A stretch of DNA of 64,000 nt. Source: Eledone cirrhosa. Lineage: Eukaryota. Positions 51,183 to 62,670 of the stretch are shown here, piece by piece. A program made the position numbers and the translations under genes. The stretch is from NCBI GenBank assembly GCA_964016885.1, contig OZ024745.1, positions 36,952,001-37,016,000 on the forward strand. The letters run 5' to 3'. Positions within the stretch are counted from its first letter, which is position 1. Each line of letters begins with the position of its first letter. The notes beneath the pieces were generated by a model. The model did not search any database. It worked only from the letters and a program-made list of their open reading frames with translations, and was not told where the DNA came from.

Positions 51183-52992
51183 CAGTCTAAAAAAAATTAA
51201 TAAGAACTACAAAGATTGCCACTAGAGACCAAATTCCATATGATGGCTGATAAAATGTCTTATAGTAATTGTCTTTGTGTTTTGTCTATACTAGATAACA
51301 ACACACTATCAATACACTACGACAGCCTTTATTGTAGCCTTGTTTGTTATGTCTAAATTATCTTATGATTTTCAATTCATAGATGTATTGTTGTTTAGCT
51401 CCCAGTCTAGCTTGATCAAGCAGACATGATCAAAGGGATGTAATATCTTGAACTACATTATAGACACTTGTGTCCATAACGTAGGTGTGATTTAAGGAAA
51501 ATCTAACAGGTTGAATGACCACATAGATGCTTCTTTGTGTGGTAGGGGAGCAGTTATTTTTCTCTCTGCTCTTTTACATTCATTGCAGAGAAAACTGATG
51601 TTAAATGATAATGACGAGGACAACATTTGCTATTTTGCATAAATTTTTCTCCCCGTAACTAGAATGGCTTTTATTGGAGCAATTATTTTTATGAGTTTAA
51701 AAATACTCAGAAAAATAATCAAGTTTGAGCACGCTAGAACAAATATAGAGTTTGAACAAGAAACAAGTTAATTTATATATATATATATATGTTGGTGTGT
51801 ATACTGTTTAGGCAAAGAGGAAAGAGCAGTGCTTTTTAGGTACCCCAAAACTATTAACCTCATCTTTATTCATATTACATCCCATTAATTTGTGAAGTGT
51901 TTATTTTAAAATAAAAGATTTATATTTTTCTTCCCTCCTATACTAAAAACTTAATTACAGAAAACTGTATTAAGTTTGTTTACAACTGGATGTTTTTCCT
52001 GCTGCTAACCACGCAAATAGGACTGAGTAGGATATTTTATTTTTTAAATCATTCTTAGCATTTTCTTATATATTTTGACCCAGTTTTTTGAATAAGTATA
52101 GCATATCATTGCTACCACATCGTTGTGCATCATAAGAGGTGACTAAAAGGGGTTTGTGTCAAGAAAGGCATCCAGCCATAAAATAATGCTTCAAAAAGTC
52201 TTGTCCAAACCATGCTTGCATGGAAAAGCAGATGTAGAAACTAGTAGGATGATGTTATTTGTGAAATTTGAACAATTGATGCAAAAATGCAACTTATGAG
52301 CAAGGCACGGTCACCTGACTGATCTAGACTCAAAATGTAATAATTTGTCTAACTCATATGATGAGGAGATGGAGGTGGAGGAAAAGAGGAAGGGTATTTC
52401 CCACAAGAACAGTTGAATGAAGGTTTCAGAGCGAAGGGCTACTTCAGTCATCAGCAGTTGTCTTTTGTTCTACCTGCAGCTCTTTTTGCCTCTCACTCTC
52501 TTATTTCTCATATGAAGAAACCTGGGGCCAAAAATTAATCTTTAGACATACTGAACTGTCTCCATCAGTAAATATCCTACACTCACCCATGTCACTGATT
52601 GACTTGACTCACTGACTCTTCAAACACTTTTAACCTCTTTCTCCCTCTAAACTTGAACTCTACACTGCCACTTGTCCCCTCAGTTCAACTGAACACCGCT
52701 TACTCAAAGTCAACCCGTTCCTCATTATCCTACTACAGAATAACAATAGCAACCTTTCACTGAGTTCTCTGGTAATTCAAGTCAGCTAACTGGTTGGAGT
52801 TATGTCTTATTCTATACTGATTATCTAGTAACAGTTTGCTTTATGCCATTCTGTATTTTGTTCAATGTTATATGATATACAGTACATATAGAATTTCATT
52901 CCACCTTATAGAACACACCTCATTATAATGTGTTCCAAAAATAAAGTAATGTTTTTTTTCTTCAATTTCCAAATCCTCTTATTTCTCTTCCC

Positions 52993-53038
<46 letters not shown>

Positions 53039-53104
53039 ATACTTTGGGAGGGTCATGTTGCCAATAAGAAACACATGCACCAGTTGCTTTCACTTCAATT
53101 TATT

Positions 53105-53864
53105 ATAATAAATTTATAATAAATTTATAAATTTATAAATTTCTGGTTGGTTGGTTCCACAACCAGATAGTTGTTTATATATAGTAATAGTTCTTTCGTC
53201 ACACACTCTGTGACCTCTTCAGTGACTGGGGATTCCTTTCTTTGTTTCTGTGCCTCTCTTTTGTTCTGTCCTACGCCATTTTGTTTCTGTGTGTGTGTGT
53301 TGTGTGCTCAGTCTGCGCATGCGCCACATCTGGGTGTCTGTGTGTTTATGTTCATTTATTTATTTGTTTATTTACATGTTACTGGTTGGTTGTTTGTTCT
53401 ATGTGTGTGTGTGTTTTCATTTTGTCCTTAATTGTAAGTTGTGATGTTGCTGTTCCACTCATATTTTCTATTTAATTTTGGTTGTAATTCTTTTATGTTT
53501 ATTGCCTCTGTAATTTGTATAAACATTGCGTCTTTTCTGTGTGTAGATTCTATTTTTATTTCTATGTTCTCTAATTTACCCTTGTGTGCTATTTTACCAT
53601 GTTGGTAGAGTACAGATGATTCTTTATTATCTTGAAGGTCTCGCCAGTGTTCATTTATCCGTTCCCCTACACTACGAGCTGTCTCACCTATGTACACTAT
53701 ATTTTTGTCTCTACATTGTCCTTCAGTACATCTTATGCTATACACTACATTTCTAGTTTTACAGTTAATATGGGGGCTTATTTTACAGGTTATACATTTC
53801 TTATCTATACATGAGGGTCTTTGAAAAGGGTATGTCTTGCTAATAAGTGTTTTTACGGAGGTAC
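53105..53864 (-). mobile_element. Penelope-like element (Neptune-type), 5'-truncated: Cys-rich linker, GIY-YIG endonuclease and 3' region
   Basis: Open frame TSVKTLISKTYPFQRPSCIDKKCITC...NCKTRNVVYSIRC...VYIGETARSVGERINEH...EAINI...PKLN; AT-rich (ATAAATTT)n end. Confidence 0.9.
53183..53227 (-). ncRNA. Minimal type-I hammerhead ribozyme of the Penelope-like element (degenerate)
   Basis: Minus strand reads AGUCA-CUGAAGA-G-GUCACA-GAGUG-UGUGAC-GAAA-GAAC-UA-UUACU: catalytic core, perfect 6-bp stem II, 1-bp stem III with tetraloop, stem I with one mismatch. Confidence 0.75.
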
Positions 53865-53980
53865 ATATTCTGAAAATTATATAATGATATATAAAAAAAG
53901 GTAGGAATGGAACTGTATTAAAGCAAATGTATTAAACACTCTAATGATTTATAATATTTACAATATGTACTGTATTTAAG

Positions 53981-54208
53981 TATAAAGAAAGTACTAAAGC
54001 ACAGAAATGTTATAAAGATAGCTTATAAAATAGGATGAAGACCCTTTAAAGATGGAAAACGAAGTTGCCATCAGCTGCTCTCTGGAAGATATGGGGTTCA
54101 TTTTCTCATAGCAACTGATGGAAACTTCTTTTTCCTTCTTTTAAACGTCTTCACCCTATTTTATAAGCTATGTTTATAGCATTTCTTTGCTTAATCACTT
54201 TCTTTATA
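53981..54208. repeat. ~228-bp foldback (MITE-like) with ~110-bp arms
   Basis: The left arm tataaagaaagt...atagcttataaaataggatgaagac...gaagttgccatcag is the reverse complement, with scattered mismatches, of the right arm ctgatggaaacttc...gtcttcaccctattttataagctat...actttctttata. Confidence 0.9.
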
Positions 54209-54211
54209 TAT

Positions 54212-54562
54212 ATCATCATCATCATCATCATCATTTCATTTTACATCCGCTTTTCCCCTGCTTCCAAGGGTGGGACGGGAACTGATACTGGCTTGATTTC
54301 TACAGCTGGATGCCCTTCCTAACACCACCCTCATTTACAGTGAGTGCTGGGTGCTTTTTTGCTGTGGCACCTCCACGACCACTTTGCAGTGGAATGATAT
54401 GGACCCCAGTCCCTATCATCTCATTTCTACAGCTGAGTAAACTGGAGCAATGTGAAATAAAGTGTCTTGCTCAAGGAAACAACACATCACCCGGTCTGAG
54501 AATTGAACTCACAACCTTTCGATTGCAAGGCCAATGCTCTAACCACTACGCCATGTGCCTCC
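54212..54562 (-). mobile_element. SINE family A with RTE-A-type tail
   Basis: Reverse complement of the 36369 SINE with a shorter tail; (ATC)n end; sits in ATATAT. Confidence 0.9.
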
Positions 54563-54593
54563 ATATATGTATATGTGTGTGTGTGAGTGTATA

Positions 54594-54660
<67 letters not shown>

Positions 54661-54719
54661 CAGATTAAAGTTTAAGCAAAGAATCGCTGCTTATATATAT
54701 ATATATATATATACACACA

Positions 54720-56084
54720 CATCATCATCATCATCATCAAGGTTTAGCGTCCGTGTTCCACACTTGCATGGGTTTGGACGGGGGTTTTCCCACTTGAGGC
54801 AAGAGTGGTTGTCTTGCTCGCATAGGACTGTCTGGCGGGTTTTCTACAGCTGGATGCCCTTCCTAACACCAACCACATTTACAGTGTGGGGCTGGGAGGT
54901 TTTTACCGTGTTGCCTACACGGCCACATTACAGCGTGGACTGTCTGGCGGGTTTTCTACAGCTGGATGCCCTTCCTAACACCAACCACATTTACAGTGTG
55001 GGGTTGGGAGGTTTTTACCGTGTTGCCTACACGGCCACATTTACAGCGTGGACTGTGTGTTTTTTTGTCGTGACACCTACACGATCTCATTTGTTTCGGC
55101 CTGGATGTTGTGGCACCAACATAACTTTACATTGTGGGGGTGGTGGGACGGGGGTGTGTTTTGATAGAGATGCCTACTGACTGTAGTAGGTTTTACTTTG
55201 TATTTAGGTAAGGCGGGTCTTCTCTATTACTGAGTACTGCCAAAGGTCTCGGTCCAGTGACATTCTCTTGGAGAGGTGTAAGCGTGTGAGGTCGGAATTT
55301 ATCATGTCGTCCCAGGTTTTTCTGGGTCTGCCTACTCCGTGGCTACCGTCTATCTTTATTGCCCTGCACTTTGTTATACAGCTGTCGTCTTTCATGCGCA
55401 TCACATGACCATACCAACGTAGCCTTCTCTCGAGTAAACAACATCTGATCCCTCTTATTTCTAATTTTTTCCTTAGTTCGTTTATGCTTAGCCGTTCACG
55501 TATATTACTATTGCACATCCAGCGGAGCATGCAAGCTTCGTTCCTCTCTAGTCTCCGTATATCCTCTGCACACAATGCCCAGGTCTCACTGCCATGCAAC
55601 ATTGCTGTTCGTATGCAGGCATCGTATAACCTGCCTTTCATTTTTAGGGAGAACCCTTTAGCGGCTAATAGTGGTATAAGCTCTCTGAACTTTTTCCATC
55701 CAGTTCTGACTCTAGCTACTGTACTTTCAGAGCACCCTGCCCCACTGCTGATTGTGTCACCCAGGTAACGGAAGCTGTCCACTATTTCTATAGAACCCTC
55801 TGCGCAATTGAAAGAGCTAGTATTTTGTGGGCACTTGCTGCTACTTATTGCACCAGAGCACCGGCCACATGTAAAATCTATGTTCTTAGTTAGCTTACCT
55901 GTGATCCCACTACATCTTTTATGCACCCATACTTTGCATTTGGGACATAAAATGGAGTTTCTACCTACGCCTTTCCTACACACTGAGCATGGCCATTTCC
56001 CGGAAGGGACCGGCGCCTTATTTTCTTTCCTACAAACTAGAACTTTAGTCTTAGCCAGGTTAATTTTAAGGCCTTTTGATTCTA
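54720..56084 (-). mobile_element. RTE LINE family A, copy 4 (5'-truncated, remaining frame uninterrupted, two 3'UTR units)
   Basis: ORF ESKGLKINLAKTKVL-PHD-...KTRLT; ggactgt boundaries at 54825, 54937 and 55050; both junctions lie in (TA)n/(CA)n. Confidence 0.95.
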
Positions 56085-56628
56085 TATATATATATTCATT
56101 CATTCTCAGCGCTTCAAAAACCGAAAATTCGTACATTGTTTATTTACAATATTTTTTACTATTTACTTCAGCTTTTTTTAATATCTATATTTATCTCTGT
56201 ATTGGTTACATCTCTATTTAAAATATAGTTTGATGGAAATATACACACTAAAGATGAAGTTAATAGCCTTAGAAAATATATGAGGACACAGCTCATCACC
56301 AGTTCTGAATTCCTGATTGTACCCTATCTTGAAAATTACATTTATATTAACATTGGATCATTTCAAACATATATCCTGTGGTTTAGATGTTTCCCTTGAT
56401 GTATCATATAATACTGCTCATCTTAAAATATATTTATATTAAATCCATCATAGTTTTATTTAAGAAATGTTTGGTATGTAATTAGGTTATTAATGAGTGA
56501 GTTATTTTATTAAATTCATTCAAATATTTGGTTATTTTCAAAATTAATTAAAACACATAAGCAGTGAATTTCATTAGAAATATGGTAACAAAAGGGTTAA
56601 TAAAACACATTTGTCTTCTATTTTACAG

Positions 56629-56686
56629 ATTCCTGAAAAAGGAACTGACTAAAGAATTGAAAGCGATGGCCAATTATTTCAATCTA
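56629..56686 (+). CDS. FBXO30: Probable small first coding exon of the F-box gene (ATG at 56666, MANYFNL)
   Basis: Acceptor tcttctattttacag| and donor CTA|GTAAGT; phase 0 joins the 58782 exon in frame. The frame is also open upstream of the ATG. Confidence 0.6.
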
Positions 56687-56799
56687 GTAAGTGAAGAACA
56701 CATTTCATCATTTGTTAAAAAGAAGATTATATTAAACTAGTGTGTAATATAAAATGGGTGGTTACTAACCACGGCTTTGGTTCTAGGATTGATTGAGTC

Positions 56800-57096
56800 T
56801 TACATGTCTGTAGATGGCTGATGAGATAAATGTAGAATAAATGTGGTCTCTAGCTTGAGCTGATTAGGCATTGCAGACCTTACTTTCAGAGTTCACTGTC
56901 TTTGATGAGTGTTTGTACCTTTGTTGATGAGGGTGCACCATAGACGCCTGTTCTGAGTAAGTTGTTTCCATGATTCTATGTTAATAATCATAGCTTTCAG
57001 TGTTACTCTCAGGCTATTCTTGTAATGCTCTTTCTGGCTACCCACTGTTTTCTTCGCTGTAGCATGCTCACCATAGAGGAGCTGCTTCAGTATCAA
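56800..57096 (-). mobile_element. RTE/BovB-like LINE 3' fragment
   Basis: KQLLYGEHATAKKTVGSQKEHYKNSL...WKQLTQNRRLW matches the RTE C-terminal PKQLLYGEL...GQKKRYKD pattern. Confidence 0.75.
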
Positions 57097-57605
57097 CTAT
57101 AATAACACCATGTGTGTTTATATATTTATTTATTGAAATATCATTCTTATCTTTAATCACTTCAATGTGTCAGCAATCAGCATAAAGTATAACATTTCTC
57201 TTATGCAAACCATTAATTTATGAAAATGCAAACCTCCCAGTTTGTATGATTGTTCATATATTCAGTAATCCTGGTATATATGGCATATCAATCATGGCAC
57301 CAAAGATTAAATGGCTGTTTGCTAGTGTTAATATAATATAATATAATACAGTTTAGAAATTGAATGATGTGATTGAAGTGGAATTACGCCTGTAAACTTA
57401 GTTTCACTGTTGAAACATAACAAACTGAAACACATTTGAATGTAGAGTGTCATTGACTGACTGAAAATAGCTGTTATATAATTTTTTTTTTTTTTTTTTT
57501 TTTATGACCTAGTCAAAAGAAAAGGTCAACACTACTGACCCCTTTTTTAGGGTTTCTGAGATAGGAGAAAGAAGGAAGTTTTTTTCTCCAGAAACCTGGC
57601 CATAA

Positions 57606-57824
57606 CCCTTTAGCATTTAAAATGGCCGTATCCGGCCAGAATTCTCTCACCTCTTTTTGTTCAAACCAGTCATAACCAGCCACGCATACTGATGTTAAGG
57701 TATTGTTCTAAAAATAAATAATATCAAAATCTTGTAGATTCGATATTATGTGATATAATTATGAGGTAAAGCCTTTATTGTGAAAATACAATAGTAAATA
57801 TAGAGTTATGCAAATGCTAAAGGG
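57606..57824. mobile_element. Intact 219-bp piggyBac-type MITE
   Basis: 13-bp TIRs CCCTTTAGCATTT and AAATGCTAAAGGG, flanked by ATAA and TTAA. Confidence 0.85.
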
Positions 57825-58454
57825 TTAATGTTTGCTACAGAATGGACTCTACTAAAGACACACAAGAGCCAGATTGTCGCACTGAACTGTGAGGGATTGA
57901 GTCACCCACCTAAAATCAGGAATAGTCACTCCAACAAGCTCCAGTATAGTTTCCATCTACCCCATGTTTAGTTACAAATCTATGGTTGACCAAAGGAAGC
58001 CCTCCTCAGACTAGAGATCTGGTCCAAGTGCTTGCAACAGAATGATCATTAAAAGCACCCAAGGGCTACGTACTGATATTTAATGTAATGGCAGATAAAG
58101 TTTACCATTCCAAAACAAGAGTCCTTGTTTACCAAATTTCACTCATAAGGGTTTGATTGATCAGATACTATGGTAGGAAATTCTTGCTCAAGGTGTTAAA
58201 CAGTAGCATTGAACCTCAAGCTATATAGTTGGGAAGTGAATATCTCAACCACACAGCTATACCTACCTTCACTCACATTCACCAAACTTAAGTATTAACA
58301 CTACTAGGCTCAACTAAGGCTAGGTAGGATAAAATTCCCTTACCATAAACACACAGAAATTCTGACAGCAGTTTTGAACTTACAAACCAGATGTCAGTGG
58401 TTGTCGTGTGTTGAATAACTTATTCACTTGACCCTTTTTTTCCAGAGAAATGTT

Positions 58455-58530
58455 GTAGTAGTAGTAGTAATAACAGCAGTAGTAGTAGTAACAGCAGTAG
58501 TAGTAATAATAGTAGTAGTAGTAGTAGTAT
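58455..58530. repeat. (AGT)n microsatellite; other SSRs include (TA)n at 33607, 39855, 52997 and 54604, and C24 at 36912-36935
   Basis: Direct reading. Confidence 0.9.
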
Positions 58531-58781
58531 CTCAGCTATAGTGGTAGAAGCATGTAAAGTAGTCAACATCATCATTTGGTATGGCTTGAAGGGATTGTCA
58601 GAATTTGAGTTAGTTCCTATTTAGTTCTACTGCCTTCCTAGACCAATCAGAGGATCATATCTCATTAGAATATTCCATTTTTTGAATGTCACTAGGAAAA
58701 TTGTTAGTAATTTTTAACTGTATAGACTAATTTTGTTAAAATGTTAATACTTTTCTTTTGTTTAATAAACCATTTTTTCAG

Positions 58782-60638
58782 ATTAATGTTGATGAAGAAG
58801 ATTGTGAAAACTGGAAGTTGTTAGTGTTGCAACTGGAACATGTCCATTGTCATAACTGTTACAGTGGTTCTTGTACTGAGGGTAGAGATGGAAACTGTAC
58901 CACCCCAGATGGCCAGACACGCTGTTGCCCTGTCATTAGTTGTGAAAATAGCTGTGGTGCAGTTTATCATGAATGCAAAGGACCAGAGCACAATCTGCTG
59001 TGTTCCTTTGAACGAGTGCCTTGTATTAATGCAGCTTATGGCTGCCCCATAATCATGCATCGAGCAACTCTTGGAAGACATCTTGAAGTCTGTCCAGCTA
59101 GTGTGATATTTTGTTCATTTGAATGGAACCGTTGGCCCATGCATTCAACAGAAGACGGAGTGAAAGCACCTTTGCCTCTGGAAAACCGTCATCTTCGTTC
59201 CCGGCAACTTGATGTAGCTCTCGCTCTTCGAGATCAACGAATGTTAATTGAAACACGTAAAGCCCCTCGAAGGACGCGGCACATTCTTAGGAATTCACTT
59301 ACCCAGCGTCACCCAGCAGCACCATTTTTACACCACAGTAGTTCATTTGACTCTGATAACTTAAATTCAGCTGGCACCTCAGAAACAGTTTCTGATGATG
59401 ACAGTGATGGGCCATGGGAAAATGCAAAATCCCCACCTGGACTACAGCGCAGTGTTTGCAGCAAACTTTTCCCTACCACCGATCAACAGAATTCATCAAA
59501 TTCACCTGAGGAATGCTCTGACCAATTTGGTGACAGAAAAATTAAACTAAATAGAATAACAAAATCAAAAAGTGTAGATAATTCTTCACAGAAACTTTCT
59601 CAAATAGGATTAGATTATCCAGTAATATGTTCTCATTGTAAGAATTCCAAATCCAAGATTGTCATGGAACTACCTGAAATACATAGTTCAAATAGCAACT
59701 GTCAAGAATCAGAATGCCTTAATAAATGTCATCATTACACAACCCAAACAACGAACAATAAATCAGTTAATCCTCAGCAGAATATAAACATACATGAAAT
59801 AGCTAATGTCCATATCAATGAAATAGATTCAGAAGAAATGGCTGGGATGGCATGTCAAGCTCCTAACTGTGAACTGATGACTGAAGATGGCAGTTCATCA
59901 AAATCAGTCCAACCTGTGAAATTAAATGAACTACTTGGTGTGTCTTTGAACATTGAGTGCATGACACGATATCAACCAAAACCTAGGTCTATGTTTACAT
60001 TCCTCTGTGCTCAAGAATTCCGTCGTGATGAATATGCTTGGCATTATAAAAACGTCCACAATGATATCCACTCTGGATTAAATGGTTGGCTAGAGCAGCG
60101 ATGTCCACTTGCTCATAGTGGGTGTACGTTTTCCTTTTGCCGGTTTTATCCTGACCAGTTAAATTACAAAATTGTCCATAGCAGTCTAGTAGAAAGTTTT
60201 GGAATAAAGACTTCATGCAACTGTGAGGAAACACTTTCGAAACGTGTACAAGAAATTCAACCATCAGCACCTCTCACAATGCATTGTGAATGCAAGAAAA
60301 AATCTCATGGAAAAACTCTTCCAAAATCTCGAGAAGTGACTCCTGAAATTGTTACGTCCAGTCAGTATGATTCTGTTGTACGTGTTGTTAATATTGACCA
60401 AAAGAAAGAAGAAATACAGCAACCAGATTGTGATTTCCTCACGACATTACCATTTGAACTGCTGCAACAGATACTGCAAAATCTCGACAGTTTTAGTTTA
60501 TGCAACTTAGCTGCCAGCAGTAAATATTTGAGGGATGTCTGTTCAAGTCTGTTAGAAGTTCGTGGTCTTGTGACTTTAATTTGGCAAAAGATAGTTGATG
60601 AAAACAGTGGCAAAGGTCACTGGAAAATTGCTTATAAG
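58782..60638 (+). CDS. FBXO30: FBXO30/FBXO40-family F-box protein, main exon (TRAF-type zinc finger, conserved central block, F-box)
   Basis: HCHNC...CGAVYHECKGPEHNLLC...CINAAYGCP...HLEVCPASVIFCSFEWNRWP; DVALALRDQ; MFTFLCAQEFRRDEYAWHYKNVHNDIH; F-box LTTLPFELLQQILQNLDSFSLCNLA. Acceptor ttttttcag| and donor AAG|GTAAGT; 1857 nt, phase 0. Confidence 0.92.
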
Positions 60639-61053
60639 GTAAGTGTATTTTTATACAACAACAAAAAGTGTTTTGAAGCCATTTTCCCTACTAAACAAGG
60701 GTTAAATTTTGCAGGGCATATGACAAGCTTTTCCATTTTGCCCTATTGTCAGTGTCTGCCCAGCCAGGTAAAAACTGATTCTGGTTCTGTGAAACAAAAC
60801 CACATATTAAAGGCTTCCTGTTTGAAGTAAAATCTTCCAAGTTTTATATAAGAACTATAGATATGTTAAGTTACTATATTAATAATGAAACTGATTAATA
60901 TTTTTAGTAAATCCCCAAGAGACTTCATTAATTAATTAAAATAGTGTATTTTATTAGAAATAGGTTCATGAAAGGGTTAAGATATGTAAAAGTATCTTTT
61001 TGTTTTTTTCTTCCATTTTTCTTTCTATTTCTGAAATTGTTTTTTATTTTCAG

Positions 61054-61260
61054 AAATGGAACTTCAGTTCTGCATTTACTCCTGTAAAACAGTGGCAATT
61101 TAACGGTTCCAATCCTCTCGCTGAACATCTTAAGGTTTGCTCTTATAATCAGGACCATTCTTCACCAACAGAGCCATTTTGTCTTGCACTAAACATTAAT
61201 AATAGCAACCAATGTATGACAGAAGAGGAAGGAGGCAAAGATTTAACCTGCCCAAATTGA
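61054..61260 (+). CDS. FBXO30: FBXO30/40 last coding exon (KWNFSSAFTPVKQWQF...LAEHLKVCSYN...stop)
   Basis: Acceptor ttttattttcag|, phase 0; matches the family C-terminal WxFSxAF...HLKxCxYN; TGA ends at 61260. Confidence 0.9.
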   Translation, partial: KWNFSSAFTPVKQWQFNGSNPLAEHLKVCSYNQDHSSPTEPFCLALNINNSNQCMTEEEGGKDLTCPN

Positions 61261-61312
61261 TATTTGTAGAATTTTTGAAACCTTTTTTTTTTTTGGCAAA
61301 ACCAAATCCCCA

Positions 61313-61318
61313 AATAAA
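61313..61318 (+). terminator. Candidate polyadenylation signal of the F-box gene (second AATAAA at 61564)
   Basis: AATAAA about 50 nt after the stop codon; position only, and the hexamer is common in AT-rich DNA. Confidence 0.3.
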
Positions 61319-61739
61319 AACAAAATAATAGTTACATTGTCTGAATCCATCTGTAAAAACAAGAAGAAATATCAAAAGGTTATTGTTATTACAAATACTA
61401 CTTGAATATTAGGGTTGACTTAATTGGCTGCATAGCTCCTCCGTGTGCTTCAATAGCAACAGTAGGGTTTTAAATGAGTTGCAATATTTAGTTACATAAA
61501 TTTATATTTTGAGATCAAATCCCACTGAAGTTAATTTGTGTTTTTTTTTATTATTCAGGAGTTAATAAAGTATCAATCAGTTAAGTGTGGAGCTCAGTTT
61601 AAATTGACCCATCCCCATCTTCCTAATTCTGGTTTTTAAAAAATAATTTAGTAATTTTTAATGACTTTCCATCCAACTCCACGCTGCACACTCTAGGTAA
61701 ATATCCTCTAGAATTATCTCTTTCCACTCAACCAGGCTC

Positions 61740-62670
61740 ACCATAATGCACTTATACACACTAAGTACAAAACTACATGACATTCTATCACATTTGGAGA
61801 CATGGAAACTACTCTGACCATGCCAACTTCTGACCTATTGCACTTACTTCAAACATCAAAGGTGATGGAGACAACCATTAACAACAATCTTCTGCAACAC
61901 CTTGAATCTCTCTCCTTCCTTAATGACCAGATTAACTGGAGACCTATTCTCCTATATGTCATTTACCAGTGGGCTCATGGCTCGAGTAATTTAGTGAAAG
62001 CAGAGTTCTTGCTGTCACCATCAGCAAGCTTTCAATAATGTCCAGTAATTATACATTCATATCTAAACTGCCGGCATGTGAGCTTCATCTGTTTTTCAAC
62101 TCTTAGATTGTTGATTACCTGCATCATGTGCTGATGAGGCTTTCTCTGATCCATGCTCTATCAACTTTGGTGTGTCCAGATTCGTTTTGCCCATTACATT
62201 CTTCCTCTTATACAACAATCTAATTCCACTCTCTCCAACAAGGATTGAATTTCAAAAACTGGTTTTAGTTTTCAGACCCAGAAATTGCTTTATTCTCCAA
62301 CAACTACTAACCCTCTACAAAGCTCAGCTGAGGCTTACAATGAAATACTATTTCTACATCTGTACCAATGTTACTGTTACACACACTCATATCCTAGACT
62401 GGATCCCTAAAAAAAAAAGCCACATGACTGATTGGCATGAAATTGCTCATGTCCCACTGATGTGTTGCCTTTTCGTTCTGACTACAGTGGCTTCTGCTCC
62501 TTGGAGTTAGCTATCACTCCTGCTCAAGCACTTTTAACTCTCTCTTCTCATCTCCTAAATTGTGTCCATTCTCTTTAGCACTTTAGAATTCCCCCATTAC
62601 ACTTGTCTTTTTTGCAGCCATTGACTTGCCTCACTTCAAGTGTAATGTTAACGGTATCAATCTCACTAAT
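61740..62670 (+). mobile_element. Heavily decayed CR1/Jockey-group LINE remnant
   Basis: LLTLYKAQLRLTMKYY resembles LLxLYKAQxRPxMEY; ADE/ADD-like remnant near 62130. Confidence 0.5.

Noticed and set aside
53428-53745. Stand-alone GIY-YIG homing or repair nuclease gene
   Set aside because: The upstream Cys linker, 5' truncation and downstream hammerhead identify a Penelope-like element fragment.
58758-60830. Single-exon 690-aa protein as given by the ORF track
   Set aside because: The TTG start lies in the acceptor tract, and family similarity stops at the GT donor (60639) and resumes at 61054. The 63-codon read-through runs into a MITE and is probably chance.
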